Part shown: positions 8,555 through 17,340 of the stretch, in pieces
Position numbering within the stretch: position 1 is the stretch's first letter
How the letters are laid out: every line of letters begins with the position of its first letter
NCBI GenBank assembly: GCA_964627245.1
Contig: CAZVGS010000001.1
Coordinates: forward strand, 25,256-89,255
DNA length: 64,000 bases
DNA from: an uncultured Gammaproteobacteria bacterium
Lineage (GTDB): Bacteria; Patescibacteriota; Microgenomatia; Levybacterales; GWA1-39-11
Reading direction: 5' to 3'
Made by a program: the position numbers and the translations under genes
The notes under the pieces: model-generated
What the model saw: the letters and a program-made list of their open reading frames with translations, nothing else
Told to the model about the DNA's origin: nothing
Database searches by the model: none

Positions 8555-9412
8555 TTATAAATTTGACAGAAAGGTCACTGTTTTTTGCTGTCTTATTATT
8601 GAGGCGACAAGATATGGGTTTTTCATTATTTCCTCACGCTCTTTAGGGTTTTCTATCGAATTTAGCGCTTTCTCAATGTCTTCTTTCTCGACAGTAACTT
8701 TCTCCTCATCTGCAACTTTTCTCAGGAAAAACTCCAGCTCTAAGTCTCTTTTAGCTTTTTCCTTGTACTCATCCCGCAGTTTGTCGCCGTCAAGGTTTTT
8801 AGAATTGAGATATTGATCAAGAGTCAGTCCAAGCTTTTTTAGCTCATCAAGAAGTTGTGATAAAAGACGTGATGTCTCACTCTCAACAAGTATTTGCGGG
8901 ATTTTAATATCAGCCTCTCCTATTGCAGCTGTTAGTATTTCATCAAGGTCAGTCTTTTTCTCTTCCTTTCCGGGGACGACAATTTTTGAGTTTGAACTCA
9001 CTTTTTTTACAGCTTCCTTATAATTATTCAGCTTTACCTCAGGCTCTTCACACGTTGAAGCTGTAAAAACTATATCTGTGCCGTCAGTGAAGACCTCAAT
9101 GTGTATCTGCGGACTCAAAATCGGATTCAGATTATTTTTCTTAATAGCCTCATTGTAAGCATGCCCTATGACTTTTTTAAGCATCTCCTCTCTTACAAGC
9201 TCCATGTTGAGTTTTGCTTTTGCAACGTTTTTTGGCGCTTGTCCGGGTCTAAAACCTGCAACCTTTACGTTTTTTATAAGCTCGTTTTCAACTTGATCCT
9301 GAGCTTTTCTTGCATCACTCCATGGAACAATAACCGTCAACTCGAGAGTGCCGTCAGCTTTTCTGTTAAGACCTTCTTTATGTGTTTTTGTAACGGGTTT
9401 TTTTTCTGCCAT
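8555..9412 (-). CDS. tig: Trigger factor, short form (N-terminal ribosome-binding domain plus C-terminal domain, no PPIase domain)
   Basis: GFRPGQAPKN matches the GFRPGK signature of the trigger factor N-domain. 285 aa against ~430 aa for canonical trigger factor. Confidence 0.75.
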   Translation of the reverse strand: MAEKKPVTKTHKEGLNRKADGTLELTVIVPWSDARKAQDQVENELIKNVKVAGFRPGQAPKNVAKAKLNMELVREEMLKKVIGHAYNEAIKKNNLNPILSPQIHIEVFTDGTDIVFTASTCEEPEVKLNNYKEAVKKVSSNSKIVVPGKEEKKTDLDEILTAAIGEADIKIPQILVESETSRLLSQLLDELKKLGLTLDQYLNSKNLDGDKLRDEYKEKAKRDLELEFFLRKVADEEKVTVEKEDIEKALNSIENPKEREEIMKNPYLVASIIRQQKTVTFLSNL

Positions 9413-9471
9413 AAGTGAGAATTATACAAGATTTCGAGCTCATTGTAAAGCTTATGGGATGAATAGTAAGC

Positions 9472-10407
9472 TTAAAATAACTGTATTGCTCCAAATGCAA
9501 TAAAGAGAGCAACAAGCACAAATGCCTCGTTTCTCGAAAGAACTTTATTTGTTCTTGAAAAGACATATAAAAGTCCGAAAGCAAGCAAAAGAGTTACGAA
9601 TGCAGGCAGAAAATGATCAGTAACCACAACTTTTCCCCGCCCAAGAAGACCAAAAATACCAAAAAGTAAAGTGTTGGCTGCTCCGCTTCCGATATAATCT
9701 CCAAAAGCCACGTCCTTTTTGCCTGAAAGAACCGATTTAACAGCAAGTGAAAGTTCAGGCAAGTTTGTCCCTACAGAAATGATTATGAGGCTGATAAAAA
9801 AAGTCGATAGATTTAAGTATTGACCGAAGTAAATTGCACCATCGACAATATATCTGCTCGCAACGATAACAAGTCCTACGCCCAAGACCATCTGCAATAT
9901 GTCTTTAACGGAGTAAGATTTATGATCCAATAGTACTGCATTGTCACGTTCAAGTAGCCCTTTTTCGCGCTGTATCATAAAAAGGAGAAAGAAATATGAA
10001 GATATTAAAATAACTGATTCGACAATAGTAATTCTGCCATCCAGAACAAAAAAAGGCGGTAAAAGCATTATTCCGAAGGAAAGAAGAAGGTTACGGTCGT
10101 TTATACTTTGCTCAAATTTCAGTCCGCGTCCTAAAATTGCCAGAAAAGGTATTGCAAAGAGGAACAAAACAGGTATCCCCCCTATCAAATTCCCTATCCA
10201 TATATCCGGTTTGCCTTCCGAAACCGCTGTCAATCCCACACCGAATTCCGGCATCGAAGTAAGAAGACCCAAAAATAAAAATGAAAACGCAAACGAAGAA
10301 ACTTTAAGTCTTCTTGAAAATTTATCTGCTGAAGCAACTATTTTACCAGCTCCGTACCATACCATCAAAAAAGACCCCAAAAAAACAAAAAGCTGCAAAA
10401 AAGCCAT
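9472..10407 (-). CDS. Ca2+/cation antiporter of the CaCA (YrbG-like) family
   Basis: Polytopic membrane protein with two alpha-repeat motifs: GLLTSMPEFGVGLTAV and SVGTNLPELSLAV. Confidence 0.75.
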   Translation of the reverse strand: MAFLQLFVFLGSFLMVWYGAGKIVASADKFSRRLKVSSFAFSFLFLGLLTSMPEFGVGLTAVSEGKPDIWIGNLIGGIPVLFLFAIPFLAILGRGLKFEQSINDRNLLLSFGIMLLPPFFVLDGRITIVESVILISSYFFLLFMIQREKGLLERDNAVLLDHKSYSVKDILQMVLGVGLVIVASRYIVDGAIYFGQYLNLSTFFISLIIISVGTNLPELSLAVKSVLSGKKDVAFGDYIGSGAANTLLFGIFGLLGRGKVVVTDHFLPAFVTLLLAFGLLYVFSRTNKVLSRNEAFVLVALFIAFGAIQLF

Positions 10408-10482
10408 ATATTCAGTATAGATTATTTTCTTTTATGAGAAAGTGTGTGAAGAAGCGGGAAATTGAGGTATAATATCCAGAAT

Positions 10483-10517
10483 GCGGGTGTGGTGAAATGG
10501 TATACACGCTAGTTTTA
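10483..10517 (+). repeat. Partial duplicate of the 5' half of tRNA-Leu(TAG)
   Basis: GCGGGTGTGGTGAAATGGTATACACGCTAGTTTTA matches the tRNA 5' end through the anticodon-loop start with two differences. A TCACGCaagGCGTGA hairpin follows. Confidence 0.7.
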
Positions 10518-10547
10518 TCACGCAAGGCGTGACGAGAAAATAATTAG

Positions 10548-10630
10548 GCCCGGGTGGTGAAATGGTATACACGCTAGTTTTAGGAACTAGTGCTTTTACG
10601 AGCGTGGAGGTTCAAGTCCTCTCCCGGGCA
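10548..10630 (+). tRNA. tRNA-Leu (anticodon TAG), long variable arm
   Basis: GCCCGGGTGGTGAAATGGTATACACGCTAGTTTTAGGAACTAGTGCTTTTACGAGCGTGGAGGTTCAAGTCCTCTCCCGGGCA. Perfect 7-bp acceptor stem. Confidence 0.85.
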
Positions 10631-10738
10631 CAAATTATTTTCGACTGAACTAAGGAGCGTGAATTGAGCTGCACACTGCTTCAGAGACCCAGTCCTTTCA
10701 CCCGCGCTGGTTTTAGCTTCTAACTCCCAGCTTCTAAA

Positions 10739-11263
10739 TTAAATGGTAAGCTCAAGCTCTGTAAGCTCAATAAGGGTAAGTTCTGCTTCAAATTTTGCCA
10801 TAAAGTTTTTTACCCTAGGTACCCAAGTTGTGCTTTCGGCATAAATAGGACCAATTTGCTCAACAGTTGTTGCACCGCGTGAAGCATACTTTTCCTTAAA
10901 GGCTTTATTAATTACCTCAATTCCATGCTCGTATGAGTCGAAATAAATTTGTCCGCCACCCCAGCCATAAGAATTATGAGAACCGGGCATCTGCCTTTTT
11001 CCAAATGAAGACTCAAGTCCCGCGATTGCAGGCAGCAGCTTCCAGTCAATACCGTATTTATCGGCAGTATTTACATACACTGAAGCATATGGAGCAAGCG
11101 GAGAGTTATTTTTTTCAAAAACTCTTTCAAGTGCCTGCGCACGTAAGTCAGGGCTTTTAATAACCGTAACTTGAGTATCAAGCGGTTTTGTTATAGAAGT
11201 AGCCTCCGCAGCTGAAGCGGCAAAAACTACTGTTATTATGAGCAGTTGAATTATTTTCTTCAT
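10739..11263 (-). CDS. Secreted peptidoglycan hydrolase, glucosaminidase (FlgJ/AcmA-like) domain
   Basis: N-terminal signal peptide. DWKLLPAIAGLESSFG resembles the glucosaminidase-domain motif. Confidence 0.65.
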   Translation of the reverse strand: MKKIIQLLIITVVFAASAAEATSITKPLDTQVTVIKSPDLRAQALERVFEKNNSPLAPYASVYVNTADKYGIDWKLLPAIAGLESSFGKRQMPGSHNSYGWGGGQIYFDSYEHGIEVINKAFKEKYASRGATTVEQIGPIYAESTTWVPRVKNFMAKFEAELTLIELTELELTI

Positions 11264-11350
11264 ATTTGGGAAAACCTTTTTGGTAGGTAATCCTAAATAT
11301 GCGGTTTGAGAGGAGCCAAACCGAAGTTATGTGGATGATCCAAAAAAAAA

Positions 11351-11390
11351 TCCTAAAGTAGTTTTGGGCTACCTTAGGATCTAAAGTGAA
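11351..11390 (-). terminator. Intrinsic terminator of the 11521-12165 gene
   Basis: Minus-strand read: ATCCTAAGGTAGcccaaaaCTACTTTAGGAT followed by TTTTTTTTT. Confidence 0.65.
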
Positions 11391-11418
11391 TTATATACAA
11401 TAACTATGGGTTTGTCAA
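11390..11418 (-). promoter_or_regulatory. Consensus sigma70 promoter (TTGACA-17-TATAAT) for the 10739-11263 gene
   Basis: Minus-strand read: cTTGACAaacccatagttattgtaTATAATtcac. Both hexamers are exact. Confidence 0.65.
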
Positions 11419-11520
11419 GTGTCTAACTATAAGACAAACACAGAAGATTTCAAAGAAATTTCATGGGTTTCTCAAGGGGTTAACTATGGGACTTTAGCCT
11501 CAAATGAGTAATAGTTTGAT

Positions 11521-12165
11521 TTAGATTGATGCCTTTAGGCGTGTCATTATCATGCTCACGACTTCCGACCACTTACCGGTGTCGCTTGGAGTATACTTCT
11601 TCACAATATCCTCAGGGTGAACCAATCCTTGCTGGACGTATTTCTTAGCTAATGTAGATGTAACAGTTGATATAGCTTCATCGTAACTTGAAAAGCGTGT
11701 TACTTTACCTCCATATATTCCAAAACCCCAGCAGTTGTGGGAATCTTTAATAATTTTCTTACACAAAGTGCTTTCCTGCATCGCAATTGCGGGTAACAAG
11801 CGGTAGTCTATATTATGTTTGTCCGCTTCTTCTATTATCGTTTTTGCGTGTCCTTCAAGCGGAGAGTCATATTGTGCGAAAAATTCATCTAAAGATTCTT
11901 GTCTTCCGTCTTCCGTTTCAAAATTGACGGCGCTTAATTCGGAGTCTTCAGGCACTGCTTGAAACTGAGGTTTGTGAAGCTGGCGTGATATATAGCCATT
12001 GCTCTGATATTTTACGGTCAATGAGTAAAGCACCATGAAAAGTAAAAATGTAGGAATTATGAGCATATATCCGGTAACGAAGAAAAATCTCTTAAAACTG
12101 TTATGCCGATTTTGAGGTATAACTTCATCTTCAACTGCAGTATCAACGCTCCCGGAATGATCCAT
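11521..12165 (-). CDS. Membrane-anchored glucosaminidase-domain protein, paralog of 10739-11263
   Basis: IDYRLLPAIAMQESTLCKK resembles the glucosaminidase-domain motif. N-terminal TM segment. Confidence 0.6.
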   Translation of the reverse strand: MDHSGSVDTAVEDEVIPQNRHNSFKRFFFVTGYMLIIPTFLLFMVLYSLTVKYQSNGYISRQLHKPQFQAVPEDSELSAVNFETEDGRQESLDEFFAQYDSPLEGHAKTIIEEADKHNIDYRLLPAIAMQESTLCKKIIKDSHNCWGFGIYGGKVTRFSSYDEAISTVTSTLAKKYVQQGLVHPEDIVKKYTPSDTGKWSEVVSMIMTRLKASI

Positions 12166-12259
12166 GTCCTTAATTAAACATGTGAAAAGTTAAAAATCAA
12201 GAAGGCTAAAATACTCTTAATAGGACAAACTGGTATAAGTATTTGATACAATAACTTGT

Positions 12260-12285
12260 CGCCCGAGTGAGATCGCCACTCGGGA
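12260..12285 (+). repeat. Hairpin built from a copy of the tRNA-Leu(CAG) 5' acceptor sequence
   Basis: GCCCGAGTGagatcgcCACTCGGG lies 11 nt upstream of the tRNA. The first 9 nt equal the tRNA 5' end. Confidence 0.5.
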
Positions 12286-12296
12286 ACATGTAAGCC

Positions 12297-12379
12297 GCCC
12301 GAGTGGTGAAACGGTATACACGCAGTGTTCAGAACGCTGTATCCTTATGGGTGTGGAGGTTCAAATCCTCTCTCGGGCA
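12297..12379 (+). tRNA. tRNA-Leu (anticodon CAG)
   Basis: GCCCGAGTGGTGAAACGGTATACACGCAGTGTTCAGAACGCTGTATCCTTATGGGTGTGGAGGTTCAAATCCTCTCTCGGGCA. Anticodon loop TTCAGAA. Confidence 0.85.
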
Positions 12380-12482
12380 CTCAAGAAATCTAAGTAACTT
12401 GTTAGGTTTTGCGTTAAGGCTTTATTTATCGGGGCAGATTGCTATAGCATGTCTTTTTTAGTACAATAAGTAACGTTCATTT

Positions 12483-12568
12483 GGGCTTGTGGTGAAATGG
12501 TATACACGCAGCCTTGAGGTGGCTGTGCCAGTAATGGTGTGGAGGTTCAAGTCCTCTCAAGCCCACCA
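12483..12568 (+). tRNA. tRNA-Leu (anticodon GAG) with encoded CCA
   Basis: GGGCTTGTGGTGAAATGGTATACACGCAGCCTTGAGGTGGCTG...GGAGGTTCAAGTCCTCTCAAGCCCACCA. Confidence 0.85.
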
Positions 12569-12598
12569 AATAGTTCAGTTGAATGAAAACATATTTTG

Positions 12599-12671
12599 GG
12601 GCGATTAGCTCAGCTGGTAGAGCGCTTCGTTTACACCGAAGATGTCAGGGGTTCGAGCCCTCTATCGCCCA
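12599..12671 (+). tRNA. tRNA-Val (anticodon TAC)
   Basis: GGGCGATTAGCTCAGCTGGTAGAGCGCTTCGTTTACACCGAAGATGTCAGGGGTTCGAGCCCTCTATCGCCCA. Confidence 0.85.
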
Positions 12672-12729
12672 CAGAAAGAAAGACCAACATCATTTATAGA
12701 TAAGATAAACTTATCTTCTTGAAAGTTAA

Positions 12730-12802
12730 GCCAAGATTGCCAAGTTGGTCAAGGCGCGTGTCTGAAGAACACGTTATCCGGGTTCGATTCCTGGTCTTGG
12801 CA
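12730..12802 (+). tRNA. tRNA-Phe (anticodon GAA)
   Basis: GCCAAGATTGCCAAGTTGGTCAAGGCGCGTGTCTGAAGAACACGTTATCCGGGTTCGATTCCTGGTCTTGGCA. Confidence 0.85.
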
Positions 12803-12821
12803 CTAATAGTTTGTTTTTTTT

Positions 12822-12893
12822 GCGGCGGTAGTTCAGTGGTAGAACGCTTCCTTGCCAAGGAAGAGGTCGCCAGTTCAAGTCTGGTTCGCCGCT
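12822..12893 (+). tRNA. tRNA-Gly (anticodon GCC)
   Basis: GCGGCGGTAGTTCAGTGGTAGAACGCTTCCTTGCCAAGGAAGAGGTCGCCAGTTCAAGTCTGGTTCGCCGCT. Confidence 0.85.
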
Positions 12894-12934
12894 CAGAGCT
12901 TTTGTGCAATTGATTTATTTACAGAATCGTCGGA

Positions 12935-13999
12935 TTATCGTAGTGGTGATTTTTTTTGTGCTTTTTGAAAAAGAGCTAAAGCATCTTTTCCTCTGTTTTT
13001 ATTAAGAAGGTTAATGATAGAGTCCCAAGCGTATTTATTCTTATGTATTCCCAATCTAATTCTTAGAATATCATGCAGACTAGGATCAACTAAAGTTATT
13101 TCGTATACTTTTCCTCTTTTTTTATCTTGCTCTCCTTTACGGATATGTGGTTCTAAATATGCTGACAGTGCAGTTTCAACGCTTACTTCACTTACGATTT
13201 CGTCCCAAAGCTCACATGCGGACTCATAATCATCATCTTTCAGGCTATTTTTTTTCGGTGAATCGGTCTGTATGATAGACTCTGTAAAATAATCTGTTGC
13301 GGCCTCGTCTAGATAGTTTGGAAGAGTAGAGTCTGACAAAGCGTGCCATAGTTCATGTGTAGCAGTTGCGATTTGCTCGTTTTCATTCTTCTCAATTACA
13401 GCGGTGTCAAGAATAACAAATTGATACGGCTTACATTGAACGCCATAAATCTTACCAAAGCCAGAATTCAAAGCCTTTTGGGTTGATTTTTTGTATCCAG
13501 CCAGGCCAACGTGATCTAGGCCATCAACGACAATGGTTCCCTTGTGAAATTCCCCAAGATGTTCGGTTTTGTGCTTCGGCAAAAGGTGATGATATTTATC
13601 ACCTATCAATTGAGCTGATCTTTCAATCAACGCTTTACCTTTATCCTGAAATTCTTGACTTGCTAGTTCTACCTTCTTAAAATCATCCCAACCTAATTCT
13701 TCCAGTTTGAAGTCTTCGGCATCTAATTCCGGTGAAAATTCTATTTTGCGGTTGTCAAATATGGGATGATCAAATGTAATTCTGGTTTTTTTCTTTTTAC
13801 CGCTTACTCTTTCTTGAAAGTACAATCTATTCTGCTTGTCAAGGACTCTTAGTCCGAGGAAAAAACTTTCATAAAGGAGTTTTTGTGGGTCTTTATGTAG
13901 TCTTTCTGCTGCACTATTAAGATGTCTATTAATATCAAAAGGTACATCTAATAAGTATTGCGTTTCTGTTGGTCCTCGTCTTCTAAATTGCTCCAGCAT
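12935..13999 (-). CDS. Hypothetical protein with an HExxH zinc-metallopeptidase-like motif
   Basis: 354 aa. ATHELWHAL is followed ~17 residues later by LDEAATDY, a possible third Glu ligand of gluzincin type. No family assigned. Confidence 0.5.
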   Translation of the reverse strand: MLEQFRRRGPTETQYLLDVPFDINRHLNSAAERLHKDPQKLLYESFFLGLRVLDKQNRLYFQERVSGKKKKTRITFDHPIFDNRKIEFSPELDAEDFKLEELGWDDFKKVELASQEFQDKGKALIERSAQLIGDKYHHLLPKHKTEHLGEFHKGTIVVDGLDHVGLAGYKKSTQKALNSGFGKIYGVQCKPYQFVILDTAVIEKNENEQIATATHELWHALSDSTLPNYLDEAATDYFTESIIQTDSPKKNSLKDDDYESACELWDEIVSEVSVETALSAYLEPHIRKGEQDKKRGKVYEITLVDPSLHDILRIRLGIHKNKYAWDSIINLLNKNRGKDALALFQKAQKKSPLR

Positions 14000-14066
14000 G
14001 AATATATAATTTATTCTTGTAAATTTTGGCGTTGTTTTCCAATTGATTTTAGCATATTATTTTAAA

Positions 14067-14531
14067 ATGAAGCATTTAGTATTGTCGTCAATTGCCTTTC
14101 GCAATAACGAAAAAATTCCCTCAAATTATACATGCGATGGTGAAGACATCAATCCTCCTTTTACTTTTGAGAATGTTCCTGAAGAAGCAGAAAGCCTGCT
14201 TTTTTTAGCGGAAGATCCTGACGCGAAAGGTAAAACTTGGCTTCATTGGGCAGTTATTAATATTAGCCCTACAGCTACAGGTATCAACGAGGACTCTGTG
14301 CCTGTTGGTGGAAATGAGATAGTGTCGGATTTTGGAAACATTGGGTATGGTGGACCCTGTCCATCGACTGGCATGCATAGATATCACTTTAAGTTATTTG
14401 CCCTTGACAGGGAACTTGATTTATCCGAAGATGCAACCTTGGCGGAAATTTATGATGCCATAGATGGTGCCGTTTTGGATACGGCTGAAATAGTTGGCCT
14501 TTATTCAAGAGATGGAAGCATTAATGGTTAG
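14067..14531 (+). CDS. PEBP/YbhB-YbcL family (Raf-kinase-inhibitor-like) protein
   Basis: GPCPSTGMHRYHFKLFALD matches the PEBP signature region. Start chosen at MKHLVL. Confidence 0.75.
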   Translation: MKHLVLSSIAFRNNEKIPSNYTCDGEDINPPFTFENVPEEAESLLFLAEDPDAKGKTWLHWAVINISPTATGINEDSVPVGGNEIVSDFGNIGYGGPCPSTGMHRYHFKLFALDRELDLSEDATLAEIYDAIDGAVLDTAEIVGLYSRDGSING

Positions 14532-17263
14532 GCGTGCATCATGCTTTCAGAAAAATATTTGCGTCTGATCCACTTAACAAACTCTGTTGCAACTACGAAG
14601 AAACCTACACCTACCATAAGCTTTGCCCAATCCTGTATTCCAAGTGAGACTTGCTCAAAAATGCCCTTCAGTATTGGGGTGTACATTCCAATAAGCATTA
14701 GTCCCAGAGAGACAGTAACTCCCATAACCAGACTCTTATTTGCAAATACATCTTTACTTAGAAGGGTTAGTTTGGTAGATCTAGCGTTAAATGCTTGCGT
14801 TAGCTGAACCAGGACAAGCATTGCAAAAGCCATGGTTCTGGCTTTCTCTATCGATGCGTTGCCCGCAGATACTTCTGTAAGAAATACTGCAAGCATGAGG
14901 CCTGCCATTAAAGCGCCGTGTAATAGTATAAAAACAACATCTGCTTTTCTGAAAATACCCTTCTTAGGATCCCTTGGTAATTTTTCCATTGCTTTAGGAT
15001 CAAGTTTGTCAAAGCCGAGTGCTAGTGCTGGCGGCGTGTCTGTGACTAAATTAAGCCAGAGTATTTGAACAGGAGTAAAAGGGAGAGGTATGCCTGCTAT
15101 GGTCGCGAAAAGTATCCCAAAAACATTACTAAAATTGCAGGAAAGCAGGTATCTAATAAATTTTCTTATATTAGCAAAGATTCTTCTACCCTCCTCGACA
15201 GCACTTACTATTGTTGCAAAATTGTCATCAGCCAGGACAATATCAGCCGCTTGACGGGTAACATCTGTTCCTTCTTTGCCCATAGCCACACCCACGTTTG
15301 AATGCTTGATAGCAGTAGCGTCATTAACTCCATCTCCTGTCATAGCAACTATATAGTTCATTTTTCTAAGTGTTGTAATGAGCATTAGCTTATTTTCAGG
15401 GCTTACCCTTGCAAATACCCTGGGAAATTTTTCAAGCTTCATCAGATCATGTTCGGAAAGATGGTCAAGCTCGTTCCCTGCCATAACTTTATCTGTCTGC
15501 GGGTCAAAAATACCAAGCTGAGCTGCAATATTTGAAGCCGTAGCAGGATGGTCTCCGGTTATCATGATTACCCTAATCCCTGCTGTTCTGCATTTAGCAA
15601 CTGCCTCTTTTGCTTCCGGTCTCGCAGGATCCAGAACCCCCACCATGCCTACCAGTGTCATGCCTGATTCAACTGTCGAAGGTTCAAAATCCACAGGAAT
15701 TTGTGTCAACTCCCTTCTAGCTAGAGCTAACACTCTTAGACCTCTGTTTGCCATATCTTGATTGATCTTTTTGTAATGATTTTTTTCTCCATCAAGAGGA
15801 ATTATTTGCCCATCCTTTAAGAAATGAGTGCAAGCATTAAGAACCTCCTCAGGCGCCCCTTTTGTAAGGACAGTGGGTTTTCCATTCAACTCAAAAACCA
15901 TTGACATTCTCTTTCTGTCCGAATCAAATGGAAGTCCTTCAATAAATTTACTTCTCTTTTCAATATCTTCCTTTTTAACGTCCAGTTTGTGCGCGAGAAC
16001 CTGCAGGGCTATTTCTGTTGTATCGCCTACCCCTTCCCAAGTGCCCTCTTCGTCCTGCTGAAGAACCGAGTCGTTACACAAGGAAGCAATTAAAAGTGCT
16101 GTTTTTAGGTCTTGCGGCATATCGCGTACAGGCTTATCATCACAATATATCGAGCCTTCAGGTCTTATTCCTACTCCCGAAACCGTATAGAGCTTGTCTC
16201 CTACCCAGAGATCCGTTGCTACCATCTTTCCCTCTGTTAATGTTCCAGTCTTATCTGAGCAAATAACATTAACCGCTCCTAAAGTTTCAACAGCGGGGAG
16301 GCTTCTAACAATTGCATTGCGCTTTGCCATTCGCTGCACGCCAATTGCCATTGTTACTGTGACAACTGCAATAAGTCCCTCCGGTATAACGGCAACGGCA
16401 AGACTTATGACAGTGAAGAGCTGTTCGTTAAGATCTCTGCCCTGAAGCGCCCCTATTACAAAAATTACTGCAGCAACAACAATAGCAGCAAGCACGATCA
16501 GCTTTCCAAGAGCGGTCAAATTCCTTTGGAGTGGGGTAGGTTTTTCGTAAGGAGTTGCCAGTGTTTTGGCAATTTTACCAATTTGTGTTTGTGCGCCAAC
16601 AGCTACCACTACCCCTCTTCCGTGACCGCTAGTTGTTACGGTTCCCATGAAAGTCATATTGAGTCTTTCACCAACCGAAACTTTATTTTCTATCACATCG
16701 CGAGAATCTTTCTGAACAGGAACCGACTCTCCCGTAAGTACAGATTCATTGATCTCAAGTCCAACCGATTCTGTAAGTCTTAAATCGGCAGGAACAATAT
16801 CTCCCTCCTCAAGAACAACTATATCTCCTCTGACTATTTCAAATGTCTGGATCTCTTCAATCTGTCCGTTTCTCACTATCTTAGCGGTTGGTGCTGCCAT
16901 TTTTTTAAGAGATGCAAGTGTCCTTTCTGCCTTGTATTCTTGATAAAACCCAATTGCTGCATTGATCAGAACAACAACTCCGATTAAAATAGCGTCTTTT
17001 ACATCTCCAAGAATAAATGACAAAACAGTAGCTCCAAGAAGGATATATATAATGAAATTTGTAAACTGCCTAAATAGTAAATGCAATACTGAAACTTTCT
17101 GGGGCTCAGGGAGCCTATTCTCCCCTTCGTTGGCAAGTCTTTTCTTTGCCTCGTCAACAGTCAGCCCTTCTTCGGGGTCTGTATTAAGTCCTTTTATGAT
17201 ATCAGCAGATGTCTGGGTATAAAACTCATGTTCTGAGGTAGAATTCTGGACAGAAAGGTTCAT
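14528..17263 (-). CDS. P-type cation-transporting ATPase, type II (Ca2+-ATPase-like)
   Basis: Phosphorylation motif ICSDKTGTLT and hinge motif MTGDGVNDA, plus an N-terminal cation-ATPase domain. ~910 aa. Start chosen at MNLSVQN. Confidence 0.9.
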   Translation of the reverse strand: MNLSVQNSTSEHEFYTQTSADIIKGLNTDPEEGLTVDEAKKRLANEGENRLPEPQKVSVLHLLFRQFTNFIIYILLGATVLSFILGDVKDAILIGVVVLINAAIGFYQEYKAERTLASLKKMAAPTAKIVRNGQIEEIQTFEIVRGDIVVLEEGDIVPADLRLTESVGLEINESVLTGESVPVQKDSRDVIENKVSVGERLNMTFMGTVTTSGHGRGVVVAVGAQTQIGKIAKTLATPYEKPTPLQRNLTALGKLIVLAAIVVAAVIFVIGALQGRDLNEQLFTVISLAVAVIPEGLIAVVTVTMAIGVQRMAKRNAIVRSLPAVETLGAVNVICSDKTGTLTEGKMVATDLWVGDKLYTVSGVGIRPEGSIYCDDKPVRDMPQDLKTALLIASLCNDSVLQQDEEGTWEGVGDTTEIALQVLAHKLDVKKEDIEKRSKFIEGLPFDSDRKRMSMVFELNGKPTVLTKGAPEEVLNACTHFLKDGQIIPLDGEKNHYKKINQDMANRGLRVLALARRELTQIPVDFEPSTVESGMTLVGMVGVLDPARPEAKEAVAKCRTAGIRVIMITGDHPATASNIAAQLGIFDPQTDKVMAGNELDHLSEHDLMKLEKFPRVFARVSPENKLMLITTLRKMNYIVAMTGDGVNDATAIKHSNVGVAMGKEGTDVTRQAADIVLADDNFATIVSAVEEGRRIFANIRKFIRYLLSCNFSNVFGILFATIAGIPLPFTPVQILWLNLVTDTPPALALGFDKLDPKAMEKLPRDPKKGIFRKADVVFILLHGALMAGLMLAVFLTEVSAGNASIEKARTMAFAMLVLVQLTQAFNARSTKLTLLSKDVFANKSLVMGVTVSLGLMLIGMYTPILKGIFEQVSLGIQDWAKLMVGVGFFVVATEFVKWIRRKYFSESMMHA

Positions 17264-17340
17264 TATATTATCATAAAAGAAAATGAAAAAAATGTACATG
17301 GCATAGTCCGAATAATCTGATATAATTTTTCTTTACATCC

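Noticed and set aside
11347-11370. 21-nt motif AAGTAGTTTTGGGCT(A/G)CCTTA shared between 11347-11370 and 48928-48950
   Set aside because: One copy is part of a minus-strand terminator hairpin and the other is the start of a candidate plus-strand sRNA. With AT-rich composition a single 20/21 match in 64 kb is near chance expectation. I note it but do not call it a repeat family.
12694-12913. Two overlapping 60-70-aa ORFs on opposite strands (12694..12909 - and 12719..12913 +)
   Set aside because: They lie entirely over the tRNA-Phe/tRNA-Gly genes. They are reading-frame artefacts of structured RNA genes.
14541-17222. Series of 60-90-aa plus-strand ORFs inside the P-type ATPase gene
   Set aside because: They are antisense to a well-supported 900-aa CDS with intact catalytic motifs. 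They are Ser/Pro/Thr-rich translations typical of antisense frames.
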